54,423 bases of DNA from positions 62,001 to 116,423 of the forward strand of contig CAUYUJ010000241.1 of assembly GCA_963575745.1 (NCBI GenBank), given 5' to 3'. Position 1 is the first letter of the stretch. Each line of letters opens with the position of its first letter. The translations under genes were made by a program, and so were the position numbers. Shown in pieces: positions 22,896 to 34,000 of this stretch. Source of the DNA: Prorocentrum cordatum (taxonomy: Eukaryota). The notes beneath the pieces were generated by a model. That model was not told the DNA's origin and made no database searches. It worked only from the letters and a program-made list of their open reading frames with translations.

Positions 22896-22947
22896 GAGCC
22901 CATCACGCCGTTCATCAAGCGGGTGCGGCCTCTCTTCCAGGACAAAG
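22896..22947 (+). CDS. Host gene exon: ABC-class ATPase, EPITPFIKRVRPLFQDK(G)
   Basis: Family motif EPITPF. AG acceptor at 22894-22895, AG|GC donor, phase 1. Confidence 0.88.
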
Positions 22948-23046
22948 GCGCCGGCTCGTCCCCACCCCGCCCGGGCGCAGCCAGGGCGGGCACTTCGCCC
23001 CCCTTCTTTCCTTTTCTTCTCCCCTTCCTCCCCTTTCTCCTCCTCC

Positions 23047-23078
<32 letters not shown>

Positions 23079-23539
23079 CTCCTCTTCCTCCTCCTTCCTT
23101 CCCCAGCTCCCCTCCTTCCTCCCCTGCTTCCTCCCCCTCCCATCCTTCCTCCGCTGCTTCCTCCTCCTCTATCTCCTCCTCCTCCTCCTTCTCCTCCTCC
23201 TCCTCCTCCTCCTCCTCCTCCTCCTCATCCTCCTCCTGGGCCCGCCGCCCGCCCCCGCCGCCCGCCGTCCGGCTTGGACGGCGGCGCTCAGCCTCGCGCC
23301 TTGCCCTGCGCCTGGGGGCCAGTGCCGCGGCCGGGGCCCACCAGTCGCAGGCCAGCCACAACTGTCGGGGGCGGCAAAGAGGGAGGTGATGACAAGGGGG
23401 GGGTGGATATCATGGCGTGGGCCATGATATTTCCCCAGATTTCATGGCGCCTCTTCTTATTTCATTACGTCCCTGGCCCCCCCGCTGGGCCGCGCACATG
23501 CCGCCGGTCATGATTTGCACCCCCCCTCTTGGATACCCC

Positions 23540-24820
23540 CCTCTTGGCCCGAGGTTCGCACTTTTCGAGCGGGCGCCGTGGCTGGCGTCGCGCGGGCTGC
23601 AGTTGCCACTTCGCGTGCCCGACGCGTGCTGGCTCAGCGCGAACGACGGCTACCTGTCGCCCTTTGAGATTTTCCTCGCTGGCCCAGCGTTCGACGGCGA
23701 CTTCGGCAAGTTCAAGAGCGTTGGCTGGGCGGCCGTCGCGCTGCATCCTCGGGCTGATGCATCTGCCGCGGGCGTCTCGGGCGCGCTGTGTGAGCCGCTG
23801 GTCGACGTCAGCGACGGCGAGCTGCCAGCCTTGCTGGCGACGCCCAGGTTTGCGCTACCGCCAGTCACCGCGGTCGAAAACAGCAGCTTCGCGCGCCTTG
23901 GGCCCGCCCAGCTGGGCGAGGGGCGCGCGACCTCCCACGGCTGCGCGTTGGCCCACCAGTGGATGGAGATCTGGGGGCTGCTGAAGAATTTCAGCGGGCT
24001 GTGCGCGGAGGGCCTCGCGGTCCGGAAGGCGCGTGCTCATCTGGCGCGGAGTCGCATCGTCGAGGGCCGCGTCGCCCTCAGGGGGTGGCGCGGCAACGAG
24101 CTGGCAGACCGGGCGGCGAGGAGCGCGGCTGCGCGCGGCAGGTTGGGGCCTCGCGGCTCCTCCGCTCGCGGAAGACAGTGGAGGGCGCGGCGACGTGGCT
24201 GGCGGCGGTCGGCTCGGCGCCGGGTGGCCTCGACGCGCCCCGTCGCGCGGCCATGCCGAAGCGGCCAGTGCCCAGGGCCGCGAAGGCCGAGGCGGAGTCG
24301 GCCCCGCGGTTCCCCTTCCAGCTGCGCGGCCCAGATGGGAAGAGGCGGTGTTCGGCCTGCCGCTGGGTCGAGAGACCAGGCCCGTGCCTCGGCAGCATAT
24401 GGCATAGACAGTGCCGTCCTCGCCGCCAGTGCCGCGTTCGAGGAGAGGGGCCCGCTGCAGCACCACGTGGTCCAGTTGCTGCCGATAAAGGAGAGCGAGC
24501 TACAACGGGGGGCGCCGTGGCTGGCCTGCCTGGTCTGCCGTGGCTACAGGGACGGCAAAGGTGTCCTCTTTCGCTGCGCACTGCGGTACGCCCAGCAAGG
24601 CAGGCAAGGCTGCGCTGGACAGGCTCGAGAAGCGGCTCTCGCCTGGCGCGGTCAAGATCGCCGTCGGCCTTAGGCTCGGCGGCGGCTGATCGGCACGGCC
24701 GCGACGGCGCCGCGGACGGCGCGGCGCTGCTGGCGAGGCTGGCGGCGTGCCCGCGGCTGCGCGGGCCCGCGCGGAGCGGGCGGCGGGGAGGGCCGGGGAA
24801 TCGCGTTCCCCTCAGAGGCG
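23540..24820 (+). pseudogene. 5'-truncated decayed LINE: RNase H and C-terminal Cys/His domain
   Basis: VGWAAVAL, DGELPAL, RKARAHL, RGNELADRAA, then CSAC and WLACLVCRGY. Confidence 0.78.
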
Positions 24821-24823
24821 CGC

Positions 24824-24919
<96 letters not shown>

Positions 24920-24920
24920 C

Positions 24921-24985
<65 letters not shown>

Positions 24986-25146
24986 CCATCGTCATCGTCA
25001 TCGTCATCGTCATCATCATCATCAGCAGCAGCAGCATCATCACCATCACCATCACGATCATCATCACCATCATCATCACCATCCTCGTCATCATAATCAT
25101 CGTCATCAGCATCAGCAGCATCAGCATCATCATCATCACCATCATC
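24824..25146. repeat. (CAT)n/(CAG)n microsatellite
   Basis: Long CAT runs with CAG and CGT variants. Confidence 0.97.
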
Positions 25147-25949
25147 CTGCTCCTCCTTCTCCTCCTCCTACTCGTCATCCTTCTTCTCCTCCTCCTCCTC
25201 CTCATCCTCCTCCTCTCGTTTCATTCCTCCGCGTCGTCGGCGCCCGCGTCGCTGCAGTCACGACAGAACATTATGGTGCGTGTTTGATGTTGACGCTGTT
25301 TACTACAACCGGAATCGCCCCGTACGAGTCCCACATCGCCGAGGTGCGCGCGGTTTGTGGTGCCCTAAGGCTGCGCCCGAGCCGCACAGTCGGCGCCGCA
25401 TAGGCGAAAGGCTGATGCAATTGCCCCAGGGTGACGTTCGGTCTTCCGCCCTTCCTCCTTTTCCTTTTTTTGTCCTTTCCCATCATCATCCTCACCCTCC
25501 CTCCCATTGCTTTCCTCTTCCCTGTCCTTCCCTTCGTCCACCTTCCTTTCCCCCCTCCTCCTTTCTCCTGTTCCCTCTCCTCCTCCTCCTCTTCTCCTCC
25601 TCCTCCTTCTCCTCCCTCTCATCTCATTATCCTTATTATCCTTCGGTTCCTCCCCCCCGTCACTCACATGGAAGAGGACAGAGGGTTCGGGGCGTCTTTG
25701 GTCCCGTTTGAATTATATGGGACCTTCGGGGGCTTTTGTGAACCGCCCATTTACCCCGCCCGAGGTGCAGCTTGGGTTGGATATTTCCCCTCCTCCTACT
25801 CCCCTCCAGGAAGGAAGGAGCTCGATGATTCTGGGCATTGATTGCCCCTGTTCGGGCTTCTGGAGGTCTCTTGGGAGGAGGGAGGAGGCTCTTCCTCGAG
25901 ATTGACAAGAACCGGGAGGATCTGGGGGAGGGAGGCCTGATAAAGCCCA

Positions 25950-26357
25950 TTTCCTCCTGCTCCTACTCCCGCTCCTCCTCCTCCTCCTCCTTCTCCTCCC
26001 CCTCCTCCTCCTGCTCTCCTCCTCCTCCTCTCCCCTTTTCCACCTCCTCCATCCTGCTATTCATCCTCTTCTGTTTCTCCTCCTCATCATCATTTTTCTC
26101 CACCTCCTCCTCCTCCTCCTCCACCTCCTTCTCCTCCTCCTCCTCCTCCTCCTCCTCCTCATCCTCTCTCCCTTTCCTCCTCCTTCTCCTGCTCCTCCTC
26201 CTCCTCCGTCCCCTCCTCCGTCCCCACCTCCTCCACCGTCTGTTCCTCCTACTCCTCCTTCTCCTCCTCCTCGTTCCCCTCCTCCTCCTCCTCCTCCTCC
26301 TCCTCCTCCTCCTCCTCCTCCTCCTCAGCAGCATCATCAGCATCATCATCAGCATCG

Positions 26358-26427
<70 letters not shown>

Positions 26428-26605
26428 CAGCATCAGCATCAGCATCAGCATCAGCATCAGCATCAGCATCAGCATCAGCATTAGCATCGTCATCATCATC
26501 ATCCTTCTCCTGTTCCCGCTTCTGTTTCTGCTCCTCCTCCTCATCCTCCTTCCCCTTCTCCTCCTCCCCCTCCTCATCATCTTCTCTTCCTGCCCTCCTC
26601 CTCCG
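25950..26605. repeat. Compound (CCT)n-(CAT)n-(CAG)n-(CATCAG)n microsatellite
   Basis: Direct inspection. Confidence 0.92.
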
Positions 26606-27129
26606 TCCCAGGCCCGTTTTTCATAAGCCAGCATGAACAAGGGTCCGCTGTCTGGGAGCGACGGGTCCAAACGCGAGGGTCTATGAGCCGTCGTTGCAAG
26701 AATCACCATGGCCCAAACTGTGTATTGGAGAACTTCTCCCTCTGCCCTCCTTCATCGCTTCCTCCTCCCTTTTCTCCTGCTCCTGTGATTTCCCGTCCTC
26801 CACCTCTCCTCCCTCTCCTCCTCATGATTCCCTCCTCATTCCTCATCTTCCTCAGCCTCCTCCTCCTCCTCCTCCTCTTTCTGGCCCGCTCCCTCCTCCG
26901 CATCTTCCTCCTCCGCATCTTCCTCCGAGTATCGGGACACCGCGGCGACACACGTCAGCAGCTTCACCAACGCATGCTTCCCCAGCGACAGGCAAATCTG
27001 GCAACGATGATCTCGACGGCAACGCCTCCGACGACTTCAGTGACCATGACGCTTCCAGCGACCGGCCGACTCCATCAGACCCACCCCAAACAAGTGACGT
27101 CAGCATCGACCCACCCCACCCGACTCTGA

Positions 27130-27578
27130 CACACCAGCAGGCGGCAGACGATGCCGAACTCTGGTCCGACTACATCCGCCGGTGCACCCGCAGAGCGGAG
27201 GAGCTCATGAGCATGCACGACATCCCAGACGTCACCCAAATGCATTGCAACATGGTTTTGCAGTGGACAGCACGCGTAGCGACCCACCCATCGAATAGGT
27301 GGACACAGCGAGCTCTGAACTGGAACCCCAACGCGGACACAAAGCAACAGGGTTATCGACAACACGGTGTCCAGCACAAGCGATGGGACGACGATATGTG
27401 GAAGTTTCTACACATCGTGCATCGACAGGCAGGCGAATATAGCACACTAAGCGACGCCAGCGACGCCACCCAACCGCGACGATACCTCCACCGCGACACA
27501 AACGATGTGAGGTGGCTCACAGCTGCGACACGGACGACATGGTGGAAGTCACTCGAGAGAGCCTTCGCCGCTGCATGA
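27130..27578 (+). pseudogene. 3' fragment of an RTE-type LINE
   Basis: WTARVA...RWTQRALNWNP...GYRQHG..HKRWDDD...WKSLERAF resembles the typical RTE C-terminus. Confidence 0.78.
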
Positions 27579-28024
27579 TATTACGAATTGTAACATGCAG
27601 CGCTGACGGCCGACCACGCGATCACAAGCACCGACCACCAACAACCAAGCACCGCCACACCGACTACTGGCGCCTTGCGCCAGCATCAACACCAAACCTA
27701 GCACAGACGACCAATTCAGACTCCACACAACGACGCGGCACGAACACACCACGACATCGACTACAAGCATTCCTCCCCCTCCTGCCCTCCCCTTTCGTTT
27801 CACATAACTTTTTCTGTCTCGCATGCATGTATTTCCATACACAATAGTATTTCAGAGGCCAAGGCCTCGTTCACCTGGTCTCCAGTAGGCCTGGACTGCT
27901 GTCCGCACCGGAGGTCATTCGTTCGTTCCTCCTTCCTCCTCCTCCTCCTCCTCCTCCTCCCCCTTGTCCTCCCCCTCCTCCTCCCCTTCCTCCTCCCCCT
28001 CCTCCTCCTGCTCCTCCTCCTCCC

Positions 28025-28061
28025 TCCGTAGCCATTTTGGCTCAAGCCATTTTGGCTCAAG
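28025..28061 (+). other. Full DinoSL (28025-28046) plus 15-nt relict SL (28047-28061)
   Basis: TCCGTAGCCATTTTGGCTCAAG followed by CCATTTTGGCTCAAG. Confidence 0.97.
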
Positions 28062-28065
28062 ACCC

Positions 28066-31000
28066 ATGCTTTGGCGGGCTGAGCCCGCTCTGGCAAAAAC
28101 GGATACCGCTAGTCCGCGGCAGCAACCAACCTGTACGGAGGTCCCTCGGTCGAGGGGTTCGCGAGCCTCCAACATCCCAATCCTTGCTCTCGCGCCATGG
28201 CTCCGGCTGGCCCTGGTGAGTGGGAGCGCCGCCCGTGGGTTCAGTCATCCCGGCCCCGTCGCTGGGGGGGCACCATACCTGAGGGCGGGGGTTCGGCAGC
28301 CAAGTGGGAAAAATGGGACAGCCAGCGAGCCAAGCACGAGGAGGAATGGAAGACGGTGGCAGGTCCCAAAGGTGAAATTCTATGCCACCACTGCGGATGC
28401 CGTAAGAACTCAAAAGGATCGATGTGCTGCAAGCATTGTGGCCAAAAGCTCGGTACTCGTCCCCAACCACTTGATGACTCTGGGGCCCCCATGGCGTCGG
28501 ACGAGTCGGGGAAGGGAGCGAGCAAGGGAAAGAAAGGGTACAAAGGCGGCAAGGGAGATCTGTTCGGTGGCAAGGGCCCAGGCAACCTCTCCACGGCACT
28601 CCCTCCTGGACCTGTTCCCGAGATTCCCCAGGCCAAGGCCCTCGAATTACAGCGTCTGGCTCGTGAGGCTGGGGACGCTGTGGGGGCCGCGCGCTATGGA
28701 GCCCTGGCGCAGAGGGCGGCGCCGCCCCCGAAGCAGTCGGGGAGGCAGAGGCTCATTGCCGCAGAGCAGAAGCAGGAGAAGCTCGAGAAACGCCTCAACA
28801 GTGAGTTCGAGAAGCTGGAGCGCTGGCGTCGGGCGACAGATGAGCTGGCAGTCACGGTTGGGGCCCTGGCCGAGGAGCTGCAGGCTGCCGACGACGAGGT
28901 GGCAGCCGCCCTGGTGGAGCTCCAGAGCCAGCACAGAGGGCCACCAGCGACGGAGTCCAGCGGCCTGCCGAGCATCAGCCTGCGCAAGCTCATCGACGGT
29001 GAGATGGAGCTGGCCAGCCGTATTTCTTGTGACGATTTCATTGATGTTGAGGCTGTCAAGGGCAGCCACGAGGTGTCTGAAGAGGACCTACGAGAGCTCG
29101 AGGATCGCAAGAACAACGTGGCTAAGCAGATGCAAGAGGTGCTGGGATCGGTATTTCGCCAAGCTCTGGAGAAGGCCAATTCCGCCCAGGACCAGCACAA
29201 GGAGCACCTCAAACGACTCCAAGCGAAGCGACGACGCACTGCTGACGGTTGCCCTGGGGAACAAGCAGCCGCCACAGGTGGGATCGAGTCTGGACCAGGG
29301 GCCTCGCCAAGCCCAGAGACCGCGACAGCGAGCTCACCTGCCGAGGCGCCGGCTGATGCAGTTGGCAAGCCTGCCCCACAGTTGGACATTCGCTCTCGTG
29401 TCTCTGCTGACGTTGGTGTGCAGGCAGCAAAACGGTCGGGGCTTTAGCCACAGCGTGAGCTCGACACAAGTGGGGGCGACGTGGTCGAGTTCGGCTACTC
29501 CCTGTTCCTGGTCATCTCTCGGTGCCGTTCCTGAGAAGGCGGCCGCTAGCGTCCTCTCTCCTGAGAGGAGCAGCCTGAGTGAACCCGCCTGCCTCACGGC
29601 AGGTGCGAGTCCCAGGCGGGCAGCGGCGCTGGAGGAGCGTGCACTGACGGCGAAGTCGATTGCCACGAGCGCATCGTCGAGGCCGTCTTCTTCGGTTGAG
29701 CTGTCATCGTCGGTGTCGGGTACTCCCTGCGCTGCGGTGTCGCCGTCGGCTCCAGTGTCGGCGACTCCCTGGGCTGCGGTGTCGCCGTCGACTTCGTGGG
29801 TGGCGTCTACCCGTTTTGTCGGATTGGAGACCAGGTGCGCCTCGAGCCTGGTCTCCTCAGAGTTAAATTGCGAGGAAGAGTGGCCACGGGCTTCGGCGAC
29901 ATGTCAGAGCGCCGAGAACGTGACAGCCAGTCAGAACGTAGCCGTCAAGCCCAACCAGAGCTTGGCGGCCCTCTCGTCCAAACCTTTTGTTGCACGCAGT
30001 GAGGAAATTTCAGTGTCAGAACGCGACAGCCAGGCGCTCCTCGAACCTGGCTGTCTCAGAGTAGATTGCGAGAGCCCGTCGTTGGAGTCTGGCGTTAGAT
30101 CGCTAAATCCTGGGGGCAACCGATGCTCGGAGGAAGTGCCCAGCCAGGTTCAGTCGCCACTTGCTGAGTCTCGAGCCATGGGAGTCAGTGTTGAGCAACC
30201 TCAGGTGGAGTCTCAAGCAGCGCTGCAGCCGAAGCAGGTCATCTCATTGTTGGAAGGGCTCCCTCCTGAGGATCGCGGTGCCCTAGGTACGTTCAAAGTT
30301 GGCACTCTGAATGCGAATACTTGGCCAAGGGCTCGGAGCACCATGCCATGGATTGAGAAACAATGTCAGATGCCGCATGTGTTATGCATTCAGGAGACCG
30401 TGCTGGACCAGTCGGGGGAAGCAGGGGCCCATCAATGGACTCGCACTTGCTCTCGGAAGCTGGCGCTGGGAACTGCCAAGCGCACAGGAGAATCGGCCAG
30501 ATCTCTTTCAGCAGGAGTGGGTTTGTCAGCGGCCATTGGCATTGGGGTGGCCAAGCTCCAGGTTCCTGAGAGGTGGCAGCACCGTGTTGTGATGAGGCTC
30601 ATGACGGTTGGCGCTCACTCGTGGATCATCATCGGCTCAGTCTACGGCGTCGACTCGATCGGCCCCAAGGGCGAGAACCTGGAGCTGCTGGAGTTCCTCA
30701 GTGCCTTCCTGGGGGCGCAGCGTTTCCCTTTCCTGCTAGGAGGTGACTGGAACCTAGAACCTGAGGAGATCATGGAGCTAGGATGGCTGGACCTGGCAAC
30801 CGCCACCATCTTCGCACCTGGCCTCCCAACCTGCAATGGCAAGGAGTATGACTACTTCATTGGCTCCCAGGCTCTGGACGCCTTCCCCATGTCGGTGGAG
30901 GCCAGGGTGGACACGCCGATCTCGCCACACTGCTACGTCGAGATCAAGCTGGAGGGCCTCAGGGACGAGCCCTTTGTCTGGGTCGAGGCGCCCCCACGAG

Positions 31001-34000
31001 CCTTTCCTCTGGCCGACCAGGAGGCCAAGAGGAAAGCCAGGGAGAAGGCAAAGAGTGCCAAGGTGACCGATCTCACCTCGACCACGGAACCGCCTATGGT
31101 ACCTGTGCTTGACGAGTGGCAACTGGACGCCCCCGTGAACTCAGTCGAGGATGCGGCAGCGATGTGGTTCAAGGCGGCTGAGAAGTACCTGGTGCAGTTG
31201 TTCGAGATTCCGTTCTCGGACAGGAGGCTCTACGTTGGCAGGGAGAAGGGCGTGGTACTCAAGAAGAAGAGGCTGGTGGACTGTGCGAAGGCTATCCTAG
31301 AGCGCCACGACGAGTCGGACACCAGAGCTTGGCTGAGTGCCCTCAGGCTATGGGATGCCCTATGTGTGGCATCGTCAGCTCCGTCTGGTTCGAAAGCAGG
31401 CAGGCCAGAGCACTCCGCGAGGTGCGAGAGACAGCTGCTGGCCCTGAAGCTCCCTGAGGCCATCTCGGATTCCCCCTCCCTGCAGGCGAAGGATGTCCAG
31501 AAGTGGGTCGCCTTGGCCAAGAGAGGAGGTCAGTTGTCTGCCTGGTTTCGAACTGTTCTAGCGGAGGAGGTGGATGTGCGCAGACGCAAGGACTCACAGG
31601 CCAGGAGTAAGGCCTGGAGAGAGTTCGGCGACCTCGCAGCTGATGGCTCTGGCAGGCTAGCGCACGCGATTTCCAGGCCCAAGCTGTTGGAGGAGGCGCC
31701 CACGCTGGCCAAAGGCAAGCCCCATGGTCTGGTGGGAGCTGCTGCGATCACGGCGGTGCTGGAGGAATGGGAAGAGCTGTGGACCTCTGACGACAGGGCC
31801 CAGGAGGCAGCGCCGTCTGACTGGAGTTACCCGTGGAAGCTCGACCAGATCTCGGAGGACCAGATCGTCCAGGTCTGCCGCTCCTTTGGCTTTTCCACTG
31901 GTCTAGGCTGGGACAACTTTCACATGAGGTTGGTAAGCTTCCTGGATGGAGTGTTTGTTCGGAGGCTCCAAGAGATTATTTCAAGTTGGGAGCGCAATCC
32001 GCACTGTGAACGCATGTGGGTCACGATCAATGTATTTCTGCCTAAACCAGGAGGAGGTACACGCCCGATCGGGCTCCTTTGCTTCTGGGCGCGCATTTGG
32101 AGCAGATGCAGGAGGCAGTATGTCAAAGGTTGGGAGGCGTCGGTTGATGCGAAGTTTTTCTGGGGAAAGGATGCCACGACCAGTTGTGACAAAGCGGCGT
32201 ACGTACACAATATGCTTGCCTGCTACGCCAGAAGGAAGAGGCTGTCGGCCATAACTGTGTTCTATGACATCCGCAAGTTCTACGAGAATGTCAGTCATCA
32301 GCAGCTAAGAGAAGCAGCAGAGCACTACAGTTTCGACGGCGCCTTGCTGAAGGCGCTCTGCTGTCTGTATCGAGCGCCACGCCGTGCGCGCTGGACAGGA
32401 GGCACGAGCAGAGTCAGTTATCCGAATGGAACTATCGTGGCTGGCTGCAGTGCGGCAACGGGAGTGGCGAAACTGATGACCTTGTGCCTCCTCAAGCGCC
32501 TGGCTGAGGAGACGCCTCCGTGTCGTGCGTTGAATGTGGTGGACGATTTGACGACGCATACCATCGGAGGCCCAAGGACGGTTGTTGAGAACACGGTCAA
32601 GAGTTTCGAGATTGTCACCTCGGAGCTGGGCTCGAGGAAGTTGCCAATTAATTGGGACAAGACTAGATTCATGATGTCCGATCACTCCCAGCTGCCTGCG
32701 TTGGTACAGGATCCCAGGTGGAGGCTATCGGACGACAAGCTGGTCATCGCCCACCGCGACCTCGGCGGCGACTCGCTGGACGGCAGGGCGAGGCGAGTCG
32801 GCACGCAGGCGTCGAGAATTGAGGCCGCCCGCAGCACTGCAGTTGCCCTACGACAGCTGGGGCAGAGTGAAAAGCATAGTAGAGTTTATCGTGTGGGCGC
32901 GCTGGCTAAAGCTTCTTGGGGATCCCACATCTTGGGGATCCCGCCGACCACCCTCCATAAGCTTAGGGTCCAAGCTGCGAGATCCTGGGGCCCTCTTCTT
33001 CCTGGCACTTCCCTGGGCTTCAGGTTTCTTTCGGCCGCTCGCCTCTGGCTCAGGGACCCGCTTTTGGTGACGGTGACGTCGGCTGTAAAGGAATTCGTCA
33101 GCGTTTGGTGGGCCCGCTCGATTTCTAAACCAGTGTTGGAAGCTTGTGTCCAGGACGCCCTGGCGGTCCAGGGGAGTAGGGCCCCCTGGGGCCAAGTCCG
33201 CCAGCCTGTTGCTGCGCTTTTCCTGCAGCTTGCTCGGATCCGCTGGAGTTTCGATGTGTCTCGATTAGCCCTGGTTGACGACCTCAACCGTGTGTGGTCA
33301 ATTGATCGGTTTTCGCCCAAGTTTTTCACCCTTCTCCTGCGAGGCTCGGTCGTTCGGGCCATTGAGCGGGAGGAGCAGTTGAAACAATTTGATTTCGGGA
33401 TGTGGAGCGGCCCAGTGTTCTGGCAGCCCATTCATCAGCTTCTAGGGCGGAAATGTTCGGAGTCGTGGACGAAGTCGCACAAGGCAGCTCTTTCAGCTCT
33501 GTGTGCGAATGTGTACTGGTGCCAGCACAGAGTGTGCGAGCATAGTCCAGAGGCCCCTGACCAATGCCAGCTGTGCAGAGATGGTAGAGGCACGTTGTAC
33601 CATCGCAGGTTTCAGTGCGTTGCCTTCGCTCCCTGGCGGCGCGAGAACCTGGATCCCGTGGTTGCTAAGGCGGCTCGTGCGGTTGGCCATCTCCCCACTC
33701 CTGCTGGGGAACTTTTTAGCAGATGTCTTTTCCCCAACCCTGCGGCCTGGGTGGAGCGACCCCCCCGCGACCCGCAGGACCCGTGCACCAGGCACTTTCA
33801 GTGGCCTCAGGACGGCCCCTTGTTTATTCCTGAGGGGGCTCATGTGTTCACGGACGGGTCGGGCTTTGAAGGGGAGCTCACAGGACTCGGGACCGCGGGT
33901 TGGGCTGTTGTGGTGCTGGACAGGCAGGGTAGGACCCTCGCCGCCCTTTTTGGTGTCGTGCCGATCGGGGAAGCGCCTGGGCAACAGGCACGCGACGGCG

